Sequence record: SRR22947725_2412
DNA: 47,087 bases
Strand: one strand, 5' to 3'
Every line of letters begins with the position of its first letter. Within the stretch, counting starts at the first letter, position 1. Made by a program: the position numbers and the translations under genes. A model generated the notes under the pieces. It saw only the letters and a list, made by a program, of their open reading frames with translations, was not told the origin of the DNA and did no database searches. Positions 1-9,397 of the stretch are shown piece by piece.

Positions 1-67
1 CATTAAAAGGCTTTTATATAGTCACAACTATTTTATTAGCAATCTTTAATATCCCGTTCAGGAAGCC

Positions 68-517
68 CTACTTACGATAGTTAATTAAGACTAAGCCCAA
101 GATAACACAGACAGCGCCAAGAACTCGACGAAGATTTATAGGGTTCTTTGGCATACCAAAAGCCCCAAAGTGATCAAGCACCAAGGAAAAAATTATTTGG
201 CCACATAACGCTGCTAAAACAACGCTGGCAACACCAACCTTGGGAACACATAAAATAACTGACGTCACAAAAATAGAGCCCAGTAAACCGCCAATTAATA
301 TTACTTTGGGAGCTGAAAATACTTTTGATAGACCTGGCACACCCGACTTCAAAAACAAAGAAGCGACCAATAAGGCAAGTAAACCAGTACTAAAAGAAAC
401 AATGGCAGCATGTAAGGGGTAATCCAAAAACTTTCCCAATGCTGAATTTACTGACCCTTGTAAAGCAATTAAACTGCCGGCAAGAACCATAAATAAGACT
501 ATGGCAACATGATTCAT
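68..517 (-). CDS. DMT superfamily transporter, YdcZ/DUF606-like
   Basis: 149 aa, about 5 hydrophobic helices; LQGSVNSALG, GGLLG and GQIIFSLVLDHFG motifs typical of the YdcZ family; ATGA overlap with the helicase stop. Confidence 0.85.
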   Translation of the reverse strand: MNHVAIVLFMVLAGSLIALQGSVNSALGKFLDYPLHAAIVSFSTGLLALLVASLFLKSGVPGLSKVFSAPKVILIGGLLGSIFVTSVILCVPKVGVASVVLAALCGQIIFSLVLDHFGAFGMPKNPINLRRVLGAVCVILGLVLINYRK

Positions 518-1878
518 TTATAAGCCCGATGTTCTCTTCTTCTTTCCGATACGTAAAATTCGCTCGTTCCCTGACTAACAAGCTCATACAAAACAGCTTG
601 CCTACCACCAGCTTTCTTACGCAAAATACGACCAAGACGCTGTACATGCTCGCGGATACTGCCACTTCCTGACACAATAATGCCAACGCTAGCTTCCGGC
701 ACATCAACACCTTCATTTAAAACTTTACTCGTCACCAAAACCGGATACTCACCACTGCGAAACATCTCAAGCATTTCCTTTCGCTCCAACATTTTCGTAT
801 GATGCGTCAAAACCGGCAAAAAAAAGGTCCGGCCAATCTCATAAGCAGTGTCGTTATCTGCCGTGAAAATAATAGTTCTCTCATCATTATGATCTCTCAG
901 TAAAGACCAAATCGCCCTTAACTTGGCGCGTCCACTACGGGCGATTCGACGCTGAGTCATGTAAGCTGTAAATGCTTCCTTACCATTGGGCTGACGAGCA
1001 ACAAGTCCCATAAATTTGGCCCAGCCATCGCCACTTGAAAAGTTTATATCATTTTCACGCAAAAACTCTTTATAGATCTCGCGATTTTCTTCATACGCAA
1101 GCTGTTCATCTTCATCCAGTTCTAGTTCCAAACGCTCAACGACATAGGGCGCTAGTATATCTCCCTTCATCTGGTCTATATCCTGACGGTAGCAAAGTGG
1201 CCCTAAAAGGCCATACAAAAGCTGTTCGCCATCGTCATTGCGCTCTGGAGTCGCCGTCAAACCTAAGCGGTAGGGTGCGATAGACATAAGAGCTGACATA
1301 CGATTGCGTTCCCCAGGTAAATGGTGACACTCATCGTAAATTAATAAACCGAATTGATCGCCGATGAACTCCATCATTAACAAGGCCGAGTCGTATGTTG
1401 TGACGGTAATATCACGGACTTCTTTAACGCCGCCGCCTAACATGCCTATTTCACAGCGAAAGACCTCCGTCAATTGCTCACTCCACTGATTCAATAGATC
1501 AATCGTAGGAACAACAATCAAAGTATTTCTCTTAATATGAGCTATGGCCATATGAGCTAAAAAAGATTTACCCGAACCAGTCGGCAAAACAACAACGCCT
1601 CGGTACTTTTCCTGCTTCCAAGCACTAAACGCATCTGCCTGATGTTGTCGAGGGCTTTTATCTGTCGCCATATTTAACTCTAAATGACGATACTTTTGAA
1701 CCTCATCCTGATATTCATACTTGCCATGCAAAGCTCTTAAAATTGGCGCATAGTGATAAGCTTGAGCCCGGTACATCTTGACGCGGTCGTCGTATTTCAC
1801 CCAATGACTTACCGGCTTAACATGCTCTTCTTCACCCTTAACAAGTAAAGTGCCATTATCAAAGCTTAAGTGCAGCAT
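514..1878 (-). CDS. SF2 helicase, XPB/Rad25-like (DEAD/DEAH box family)
   Basis: Walker A LPTGSGKS, DECH box, motif III LTAT, RxD motif (ERNDD), VLNEGVDVP, motif VI QRLGRILR. Confidence 0.9.
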   Translation of the reverse strand: MLHLSFDNGTLLVKGEEEHVKPVSHWVKYDDRVKMYRAQAYHYAPILRALHGKYEYQDEVQKYRHLELNMATDKSPRQHQADAFSAWKQEKYRGVVVLPTGSGKSFLAHMAIAHIKRNTLIVVPTIDLLNQWSEQLTEVFRCEIGMLGGGVKEVRDITVTTYDSALLMMEFIGDQFGLLIYDECHHLPGERNRMSALMSIAPYRLGLTATPERNDDGEQLLYGLLGPLCYRQDIDQMKGDILAPYVVERLELELDEDEQLAYEENREIYKEFLRENDINFSSGDGWAKFMGLVARQPNGKEAFTAYMTQRRIARSGRAKLRAIWSLLRDHNDERTIIFTADNDTAYEIGRTFFLPVLTHHTKMLERKEMLEMFRSGEYPVLVTSKVLNEGVDVPEASVGIIVSGSGSIREHVQRLGRILRKKAGGRQAVLYELVSQGTSEFYVSERRREHRAYK

Positions 1879-2826
1879 CTACAAAAGCTCCTGCATGTCT
1901 TGTGGTAACGGCGCAGTAAAGCTTAATCTCTCACCAGAAACAGGGTGGTTTAAGGACAATTTCTCGGCGTGAAGCGCCTGCCGCTTTAAACGCAAAGCTA
2001 ACTTATCTTCAGCCGTCAAAGTTTTATTAATAAATTTTTCAAAGCAACTATCATCAACGCCATAAATCTTATCCCCGACAATAGGAAACCCCAAAGAATA
2101 AACAGTCGCTCTTATCTGATGCATCTTACCGGTGTGAATCTTTACCTTGAGGGACGAACAACCATTAGCAGTAGATTCGCGAAGCAATTCTGTGTAAACC
2201 CCTAACTTACCATAATCAGAGTAATTTTCGGCCGCAATAAAACATTGCTTTTTGCGAACTGAGCTACTCTCATCTTTAACTAAATAACCCTTCGCCGACA
2301 CAAGGACTTCGGGGAATTCCCCCTCAACAATCAAGCGGTATCCTTTATCGACTTGACGTTGTTCAAATTGCTGAGCTAAATTCTTCGCAGACTTAGAATC
2401 CTTGGCAACAACAACCAAACCACTCGTTTCTCGATCAAGTCGATTGACCAAATGAACTGGTTTACCCTTGATTTTAAGGAACGCCCATAAAGTATGATTA
2501 AAGAATTTACCCGAGGGGTGCATTGGTAAATCACCCGGCTTATTAATGATCATCATAGATTCATCTTCAAATAATACGCTGTAATTCTGATCGACCGCGG
2601 GCTCTTCAGCAGGGGTATAATCGTACTCTACGTTATCTTCAGATTGCAGGACTCTATCGCCTTGGCTAGTCGCACTATTTACGCGAATATCGCCAATTTG
2701 TATAAACTCCTCCCAGACAGCACGGGATTGGTAATTATAACGCTCAGAAAGATAGTCAATTAACGTCGCACCAGCATATGTCGCCGGCACGAGGCTACTG
2801 ACAAGCCTTTTAAGCTTATTCGACAT
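1879..2826 (-). CDS. RluA-family pseudouridine synthase with S4-like N-terminus
   Basis: INKPGDLPMHP, catalytic NRLDRETSG, TGKMHQIR, PIVGDKIYG, QALHA; start placed at ATG 2826 (track extends to 2853 inside yicC). Confidence 0.92.
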   Translation of the reverse strand: MSNKLKRLVSSLVPATYAGATLIDYLSERYNYQSRAVWEEFIQIGDIRVNSATSQGDRVLQSEDNVEYDYTPAEEPAVDQNYSVLFEDESMMIINKPGDLPMHPSGKFFNHTLWAFLKIKGKPVHLVNRLDRETSGLVVVAKDSKSAKNLAQQFEQRQVDKGYRLIVEGEFPEVLVSAKGYLVKDESSSVRKKQCFIAAENYSDYGKLGVYTELLRESTANGCSSLKVKIHTGKMHQIRATVYSLGFPIVGDKIYGVDDSCFEKFINKTLTAEDKLALRLKRQALHAEKLSLNHPVSGERLSFTAPLPQDMQELL

Positions 2827-3688
2827 TCTGCACTTGTTCGCGGCAGCGCTCAATCTCAGCTTTCATCGCTACGACCAAACGAGCAATCTCACTATCTGAA
2901 GACTTCGAAGCACAGGTATTTACTTCGCGATTTATCTCCTGCATAAGAAAATCCATTTCGCGACCAACAGGTTCATTTTTGGCAAGCAAATCGGCAAACA
3001 ATTTCATGTGGCCTTCAAGGCGGACTATCTCCTCAGTAACATCAGATCTATCTGTATAAAGAACGACTTCCTGATATAAGCGGTCATTATCTAAATCCAG
3101 ATCCAAGCCCGCTTCGCGAATACGACCTAAAAGCTTTTCTTTAAACTGCTCAACTGTGCCAGTACTCGCCTTTGATAAATTCTTTAAAAAGTCAACTAGT
3201 AACTGCTGGCGGACATGCAAGTCTTTCAGCAAGTGCTCTCCTTCTGTGGTCCGTGAACTGACCAAATTCTCAAGAGCCATAGCCAACGCCTGACGCGCAA
3301 CTTCTGTCGCTTCATCAATATCAATTGTCGGAGCACTCTCATCAACCGCCCCTGGTAATTGCAGGATCTCACTCAAAGAAATAGGTGTTTCTATAGCAAA
3401 AGACTCTTTTAAATGCTCAATATGCTTGAGGTAAGAAGCAATCGCGGCATCATTAAATTGAACCCCTGAAAAAGACGCCGAAAAATTCAACTTCAACTGC
3501 ACATTTACCGAGCCACGAGCCAAATAATCAGGCACCAAAGAGCGCACTACGGAATCGAGGAATACGGCTTCTTTTGGAGGTGAAAAGCGTATATCCAATT
3601 GTTTCCTATTGACTGTCGATATATCGACACTTACCTGATACTTCTCACCAGCCGCTTCTCCACGGCCAAAACCTGTCATACTCTTCAT
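2816..3688 (-). CDS. yicC: YicC/YloC family endoribonuclease
   Basis: N-terminal MKSMTGFGR; C-terminal DVTEEIVRL, GREMDFLMQEINREVNT, REQVQNVE. Confidence 0.95.
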   Translation of the reverse strand: MKSMTGFGRGEAAGEKYQVSVDISTVNRKQLDIRFSPPKEAVFLDSVVRSLVPDYLARGSVNVQLKLNFSASFSGVQFNDAAIASYLKHIEHLKESFAIETPISLSEILQLPGAVDESAPTIDIDEATEVARQALAMALENLVSSRTTEGEHLLKDLHVRQQLLVDFLKNLSKASTGTVEQFKEKLLGRIREAGLDLDLDNDRLYQEVVLYTDRSDVTEEIVRLEGHMKLFADLLAKNEPVGREMDFLMQEINREVNTCASKSSDSEIARLVVAMKAEIERCREQVQNVE

Positions 3689-4719
3689 TAAAACAATTCT
3701 CCTTGACGGTGGCCGCCTTCTATAGCATCCATCCCTAATAATTTACGGCTTTTTTCAGTCAAAGCACGCCCTTGCGGCGTTCGTATCAGATAGCCTTCTT
3801 GAATAAGATAAGGTTCGTATACATCTTCAATAGTACCAGGCTCTTCACCTACTGAAACAGCTATATTTTTAATTCCAATTGGCTTACCGCCAAAATTGTA
3901 CGCCATCGCCTCGAGGATTCGTTTATCCATTTCATCGAGGCCATTGCTATTTATATTCAACATATTCAAAGCTTTATCGGCAACTTCGTAGGACATCTTA
4001 CCATCGGCTTTTACCTGAGCATAATCACGCACCCAATGCAAAAGGTTATTGGCTATCCTTGGTGTGCCTCGACTTCTACGAGCGACTTCCAAAGCTGCTT
4101 CTTTTTCGATCCCACAATTCAAAATCCCAGATGATCGAGTGACAATTCTCTCCAAATCATCGGCATTGTAATAATCCAGACGGTGAACATGCTGACAACG
4201 CGAGCGCAATGGTGCAGATATAAGACCTAAACGAGTCGTCGCACCGATCAAAGTAAACTTTGGAACATTCAAACGTACACTGCGAGCACCAACACCCTGG
4301 TCAATCATGATATCTATAAAAAAGTCTTCCATAGCGCTATAGAGGTACTCTTCAATGGTAATCGGCAAACGATGAATCTCGTCAATAAAAAGGATGTCAC
4401 CTTCTTGAAGACTCGTTAATAAACCCGCCAAATCACCCGGTTTCTCCAAAACAGGTCCACTTGAAGTTTTTATCTCTTTACCGCGTTCTGCCGCTACAAT
4501 ATAAGCTAAGGTTGTCTTGCCTAAGCCTGGAGGGCCACTTAAAAGGAAATGGCCTAGAGGCTCATCGCGTTTTTTGGCTGCTTCGACAAAGATTTCCAAA
4601 CGCTCTTTAACTGATTCTTGTCCAGGGAAATCATCAAATTTTTGCGGGCGCAGGCCTTGTTCTTCTGTACCCAAATCTTCTTTGAGGGTGGATGTAAAAA
4701 ATCGTTCTGTATCGCTCAT
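3688..4719 (-). CDS. ruvB: Holliday junction branch migration helicase RuvB
   Basis: LRPQKFDDFPGQ, GPPGLGKTTLA, FIDEIHR, GATTR, RGTPRIAN, YEPYLIQ, RTPQGR. Confidence 0.98.
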   Translation of the reverse strand: MSDTERFFTSTLKEDLGTEEQGLRPQKFDDFPGQESVKERLEIFVEAAKKRDEPLGHFLLSGPPGLGKTTLAYIVAAERGKEIKTSSGPVLEKPGDLAGLLTSLQEGDILFIDEIHRLPITIEEYLYSAMEDFFIDIMIDQGVGARSVRLNVPKFTLIGATTRLGLISAPLRSRCQHVHRLDYYNADDLERIVTRSSGILNCGIEKEAALEVARRSRGTPRIANNLLHWVRDYAQVKADGKMSYEVADKALNMLNINSNGLDEMDKRILEAMAYNFGGKPIGIKNIAVSVGEEPGTIEDVYEPYLIQEGYLIRTPQGRALTEKSRKLLGMDAIEGGHRQGELF

Positions 4720-4727
4720 AACCCCTC

Positions 4728-5348
4728 TTAACTATTTAATTCTGCTAAAGCCTGACGAATAATATCTTCAGAGGCAATTTTGCTCTTGTCCATCTTATCG
4801 ACAACCTGCTTAATAACTTTGCGTATCTTATCTGGACGATAGCCAAGTGTCTCGAGAGCCAATAAGGCGTCATTCACTGCTGCAGTACTCTCTTCGCTAT
4901 CAACATCAATATCCACAGTCGTGCCAATAACTTTACCGGCAACCATCGTCGAAACCTTATCGCGCAGCTCAATAACCATGCGTTCGGCAGTCTTCTTACC
5001 GATACCACTGATCTTCGAAATAATTTTAATATCTGCATTAACAACAGCATCACAAAAATTAGCGACGGGCAAAGAACTCAGTACTGCAATTCCCGTTTTG
5101 GCGCCTATGCCTGAAACTGAAATCAATAAACGAAACAACTTTCGCTCTTCTTCGGAAGCAAAACCATAAAGAGACATTTCATCTTCGCGCACATGCATGT
5201 GCGTCCTCAAGGCGACCTCTCCTCCAACTCGCGGCAAACGATCATAAGTACTCATAGGAATATTTACAAAATAACCTAAACCCTGAATATCTACTACTGC
5301 GTGAGTTAGTTCTAACTCTAGTAACTTGCCTTTAATATGATGAATCAT
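4728..5348 (-). CDS. ruvA: Holliday junction binding protein RuvA
   Basis: HVREDEMSLYGF, HhH motifs VSGIGAK and ISGIGKKTAER, C-terminal ALETLGY; directly upstream of ruvB. Confidence 0.97.
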   Translation of the reverse strand: MIHHIKGKLLELELTHAVVDIQGLGYFVNIPMSTYDRLPRVGGEVALRTHMHVREDEMSLYGFASEEERKLFRLLISVSGIGAKTGIAVLSSLPVANFCDAVVNADIKIISKISGIGKKTAERMVIELRDKVSTMVAGKVIGTTVDIDVDSEESTAAVNDALLALETLGYRPDKIRKVIKQVVDKMDKSKIASEDIIRQALAELNS

Positions 5349-5511
5349 GCAAATCCGTCTTTATGAAATTTTATTGCCACTCCCAAATCTGTAACATAAC
5401 GATAAACATGAGGGAGCTCGTCAATCGACCTCAATAATATATTCTCAATTAAGCGTTGCGCAATCTGCAAATGCCTCTTGAAAGTGGAGTAAGAGCTCTT
5501 TAAAATGTGTT

Positions 5512-6198
5512 ATGATTAAACGAATTGAAATACACTTTGACGAAGATCCGGAAGCAAAACCATTGCTTCTCGATTTTGATTTCTCCATTACCAACACCAT
5601 GTACGTCGACGATGTCCCCGATGAACTCCTCAAAGAGGATTGGGTTCAACTCGATAATCACAAGTGTTCACAATGTACGTTAAAGAAAGAGAATCACCCC
5701 AGTTGCCCAGTGGCCCTTAACCTGGGAAAGTACGCCCATGAACTTTTTCACCGCTTATCAACAGATACAGTGAGCATTCAGCTTTGGGAAGAGTCTGGCC
5801 GCCACATGCAATTAGCCAATATACCCTTACAGGATGTAACGGGTGAACTTGTTCGTTTAGCTGTTTTTCAATCAGAATGCCCCATTGGTAGACGGGTAAA
5901 GAAAGCACTCGAATTCGTCCCTCCCTTTCCAACTGACGGTGAAATAACTAGAGCTTTCGCCCTCTTTTTCGCCATGCAGCAGCTTCAACAAAAAGGCCGT
6001 GATGTAACACAAGAACAAATTATTTATCTCGACAGCATGCACGAGCTCTTTGAAAATCTCAGTCGCCGAGTACGAGCCATTACCCGTGGTGATGCCGGTG
6101 TCAATGGCGTTATGATCTACCATTCTTTAATGATGCTCGTCTCTCTTTCGCTACCAGAGAACCTCGAGAAAATCATGAAAGAATACACTCATTGGTAA
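5512..6198 (+). CDS. DUF6901-like hypothetical protein, Cys-rich N-terminal motif
   Basis: WxxLxxHKCSQC-x8-CPVA plus SECP; resembles the DUF6901 family from recall. Confidence 0.65.
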   Translation: MIKRIEIHFDEDPEAKPLLLDFDFSITNTMYVDDVPDELLKEDWVQLDNHKCSQCTLKKENHPSCPVALNLGKYAHELFHRLSTDTVSIQLWEESGRHMQLANIPLQDVTGELVRLAVFQSECPIGRRVKKALEFVPPFPTDGEITRAFALFFAMQQLQQKGRDVTQEQIIYLDSMHELFENLSRRVRAITRGDAGVNGVMIYHSLMMLVSLSLPENLEKIMKEYTHW

Positions 6199-6201
6199 TA
6201 A

Positions 6202-6936
6202 TCAATTCTTCCAAATACCTGCTTCTAGTAATTGCTTCTCAGCTGCTGGGGCAAAACCGCGATTGGCAATAGGGCTGGCTGGACTCGGATGGAGTATGCG
6301 GTAGACGTCTGCTACTCTTTCTGATAAGACTCTTTTAAAACAACTCTCTGCGAAAGCCCCAACCCCGACTAAATATTCTGGATCTAAAAGATTAACTAAG
6401 TCAATCAAAGCTTGATCACAGATTTCATAAAGCGGCTTACTTTCCTCAGCTTTTATCTTGTCTGGAGTTAAATTGCGACAAACTTTACGGCCATTTTTCT
6501 TGCCGATCTCTGAAAAAAGCAATGGACAATAATTCCACACAAAATGATCCTCAAAGAAATTCTGAGCCGTGCCAAAACGATCCTTAAATAGACTCCAAAT
6601 TCTCTGACCACTTACTTCTGCACGATGACATTCAAAACCCGTAATAGGCCGATCAGGATGTTCATTTGATGGCTTATTGATCTTACCTTTTACACCAACC
6701 CATTCCTTAACGGCAGAAACCTCTCCAAAAGGCACACCCGTCTGCGCCATCCCAAAAGGCCCGGGATTCATGCCAAGGAATAAGACTTTCTTTCGTCCTT
6801 GGCCAAACTTAGTTAAGTAGTCGTGAACCGCTTCCCGAGCATAATCAAGAGGATTATAAACATGGGTAACTGGATCCGAAAATGTTAAGCGATCGACTTT
6901 TGATGAAAGTTCATCGTTTAGTTTTACCAATTGCAT
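6202..6936 (-). CDS. smug1: SMUG1-type (family 3) uracil-DNA glycosylase
   Basis: GMNPGPFGMAQTGVPFG, EVSGQR, NYCPL and HPSPASP motifs; ATG 6936 lies 6 nt after GAGGTGA SD (track start TTG 6942). Confidence 0.93.
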   Translation of the reverse strand: MQLVKLNDELSSKVDRLTFSDPVTHVYNPLDYAREAVHDYLTKFGQGRKKVLFLGMNPGPFGMAQTGVPFGEVSAVKEWVGVKGKINKPSNEHPDRPITGFECHRAEVSGQRIWSLFKDRFGTAQNFFEDHFVWNYCPLLFSEIGKKNGRKVCRNLTPDKIKAEESKPLYEICDQALIDLVNLLDPEYLVGVGAFAESCFKRVLSERVADVYRILHPSPASPIANRGFAPAAEKQLLEAGIWKN

Positions 6937-7121
6937 CGCCAATCACCTCAAGCTTTATATCTATTTATATTCACACAATTATTCTACTGCGAACAGTAAG
7001 AGCTTCATGCTCAAAAAAGTATTTTTTTATGAAGAAGTCGTGAAATAGAGCTAAAGTCATTATGATAATTACAGGGCACACCTATCTTCTTGAATAACAA
7101 CGCTAAACAAATGGCGAATAT

Positions 7122-7150
7122 TTGGATATATCACCTTTTTTTAGTACATT
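7122..7150 (+). promoter_or_regulatory. Putative sigma70-type promoter for phasin-ubiB
   Basis: TTGGAT-17 bp-TACATT, ending 26 nt before ATG 7177. Confidence 0.35.
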
Positions 7151-7176
7151 ATGTTAAAGAGGAAAAGGAGCATACT

Positions 7177-7470
7177 ATGTTTGATACGTTTAAAAAAGGC
7201 CTAATGACCGGTTTAGGTGTCGGCCTCATGACTAAAGGTAAAATCGAAGAATTTGCCCGCAAAGTTGCTTTAGAAGCAAAGCTATCGGAAATGGAAGGTC
7301 GTAAGTTTGTCGATGACATGATCGCCGAATCCAAGAAAACACAAGAAAAGCTCGAAGAGCGCATTCAAGGTGCTGTTGCCGATGCTCTTACCAAGGTAAA
7401 TGTCGCTACAAAAGATGATATTGCCGCTTTAGAAGCTCGCATAAGTAAACTCGAAGATCGTGACGCATAA
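7177..7470 (+). CDS. Phasin-like / PHA-granule-associated-family coiled-coil protein
   Basis: KKGLMTGLGVG...EGRKFVDDM...ATKDDIAALEARISKLE; AAGGAG SD at 7165-7170 supports ATG 7177. Confidence 0.75.
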   Translation: MFDTFKKGLMTGLGVGLMTKGKIEEFARKVALEAKLSEMEGRKFVDDMIAESKKTQEKLEERIQGAVADALTKVNVATKDDIAALEARISKLEDRDA

Positions 7471-9172
7471 CTTTAACGTGATTAACAAGATTACCTCGGT
7501 TGGCAGGACGTACCGCCATGCCAACCGATACCTTGAAATCATTGAAATCCTGGCAAAGCACGGCTTTGCCGATTTCATTTCTGCCTCCCATGTCGAAAGT
7601 GCCATAAATCTTGGCCGACGCTTAATCTTCAAAGAACCGATGAAACATGAATCACCGGCTCTTTCCCGCTGGGAACGCATACGCATGGCCCTCGAAGAGT
7701 TAGGCCCCACTTTTATTAAGTTTGGTCAAATCATGAGTAGCCGCTCAGACCTGCTACCAAGTGAATTAATTAGCGAACTTGAGAAACTACAAAGCAATGT
7801 CCCCTCATTCCCATCTGATATAGCCATTCAAACTATAGAGAATGAGCTCCACGAGCCTCTCAGTGAAATTTTCAAAGAGTTCAATGAAACTCCCATTGCA
7901 GCTGCATCAATTGGTCAAGTTCACAAAGCCATTCTCCACAGTGGAGAAACCGTTGCTGTAAAAGTTCAAAGGCCAGGTATCGAGAAAACCATAAAGACAG
8001 ATCTGGAAATCATCAGGCATCTCGCTAAAACTGCCGAAAAACATATCGACGAACTAAAACCTTTTCATATCACTGCCATTATTGAGGAATTCAAAAAAGC
8101 GATCCTCAAAGAACTTTCATACGTCAATGAAGCCTCCAATCTGGAAATGTTTCAACAAAATTTTGCTGATGACAAGACCATCCGCGTTCCTTCTCTATTC
8201 CCCGAATTCTGTAGTGGCAAAATACTCACTCTCGAGTACATGTCAGGACAAAGCTTTTCAGATAAACAGGACCTTATTCAGAAAGGCATGAATCCAGAAA
8301 AGATCGCTGCTCATGGAGCCGACACTGTATTAAAGCAAATTTTTGAGCATGGATTTTTCCATGCCGACCCTCACCCAGGCAATATTTTTATACTAGAAAA
8401 TAATGTTCTCTGCTTTCTCGATTATGGTATGATGGGGACTCTCTCCAGGAAATTAAAAGATCAGCTAGTAGATGTTCTCGTTGGCGTCGTTGAAGAGAAT
8501 CCTCGGCGCGTTACTCGTGCTATCATGCAAATGGTTAGTAGCGACGACTATATAGATACCATTTCACTAGAAGCCCAAGTATCTGACTTTATTGATAATT
8601 ACGGTTCTAAGTCTCTTGAGCAATTAGACATGAATTCTCTTTTTAATGATCTGCTCAATATACTTTACGAGAATAAACTCAAGATCCCGTCTAATATGCA
8701 CCTGCTCTTCAAGGCGCTTATTATCATTCAGGCCAATGGCAAAATGCTCAATCCAGACTTCAATATTGCCGAATTCCTACAACCATATGCCCGTAAAATT
8801 CTCCTTCAGCGCTATAACCCTAAACTTGTAGCCATGGAAGTTTTTGATTCAGCAACGGAACTGGCAAACCTTGTCAAAGATATGCCTTATGAAGTGCGCG
8901 ATATTATTCAGCGTATCAAAAAGGGTAAACTTAAAATGGATATAGAACATAAAGGGCTTAGCCCTATGATGAGCAATCATGAACGCATTGCAAATCACAT
9001 TGTTTTTGCCATTGTTCTAGCTTCTATTATAATTGGATCTTCACTCATCGTTCACTCAAAGCTACCGCCTTTTTGGCATGGTGTGCCCATAATTGGCCTC
9101 GTTGGCTATGTGAGCGCAGGCCTCATTGGTTTCTGGCTATTGATCTCAATTATTCGTAAGAAAGGCCTGTAA
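7460..9172 (+). CDS. ubiB: ABC1/UbiB family atypical kinase
   Basis: LGPTFIKFGQ (KxGQ), AAASIGQVH, VAVKVQRP, FFHADPHPGN, LDYGM; two C-terminal TM helices. Confidence 0.93.
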   Translation: MTHNFNVINKITSVGRTYRHANRYLEIIEILAKHGFADFISASHVESAINLGRRLIFKEPMKHESPALSRWERIRMALEELGPTFIKFGQIMSSRSDLLPSELISELEKLQSNVPSFPSDIAIQTIENELHEPLSEIFKEFNETPIAAASIGQVHKAILHSGETVAVKVQRPGIEKTIKTDLEIIRHLAKTAEKHIDELKPFHITAIIEEFKKAILKELSYVNEASNLEMFQQNFADDKTIRVPSLFPEFCSGKILTLEYMSGQSFSDKQDLIQKGMNPEKIAAHGADTVLKQIFEHGFFHADPHPGNIFILENNVLCFLDYGMMGTLSRKLKDQLVDVLVGVVEENPRRVTRAIMQMVSSDDYIDTISLEAQVSDFIDNYGSKSLEQLDMNSLFNDLLNILYENKLKIPSNMHLLFKALIIIQANGKMLNPDFNIAEFLQPYARKILLQRYNPKLVAMEVFDSATELANLVKDMPYEVRDIIQRIKKGKLKMDIEHKGLSPMMSNHERIANHIVFAIVLASIIIGSSLIVHSKLPPFWHGVPIIGLVGYVSAGLIGFWLLISIIRKKGL

Positions 9173-9330
9173 ATCAAGTCATCACGCGCCTCAGAAATAC
9201 TATTTTTCAAAGTATTGACTCTTACTGACAATTGCCGCCTTCCATCAAATGATGCAATAACTTGCTCATATTTATCTTCTGGAACAATGTCCTTGAGTCT
9301 TGTGGTCAATTCTTCTGGTAATTCTGCTAT
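9173..9330 (-). pseudogene. N-terminal remnant of a NOL1/NOP2/Sun (RsmB/RsmF-type) RNA m5C methyltransferase
   Basis: Frame reads (ATA)AELPEELTTRLKDIVPEDKYEQVIASFDGRRQLSVRVNTLKNSISEARDDL, containing the family RVNTLK motif, then runs into the ubiB 3' end; no in-frame ATG, no catalytic domain. Confidence 0.65.
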
Positions 9331-9397
9331 ATTCGAGGTATCAAGTAATGAAATTTAAATTTATCTGCTGCAACATAGCAAATAACAGGAAATCTTC

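Noticed and set aside
514-1878. Helicase as a restriction or anti-phage defence component
   Set aside because: No DNA methylase, nuclease or other defence genes adjacent; it is embedded in a housekeeping operon
5488-7004. AGTAAGAGCT shared upstream of ruvA (5488-5497) and SMUG1 (6995-7004) as a repair-regulon box
   Set aside because: Distances to the starts differ, it is absent before MGMT, and one 10-mer match is expected by chance. No recognisable LexA box was seen.
6943-7176. Possible C-terminal half of the truncated methylase on the far side of phasin-ubiB
   Set aside because: Only a vague DFFIKK similarity on the minus strand; no catalytic motifs or target-site duplication
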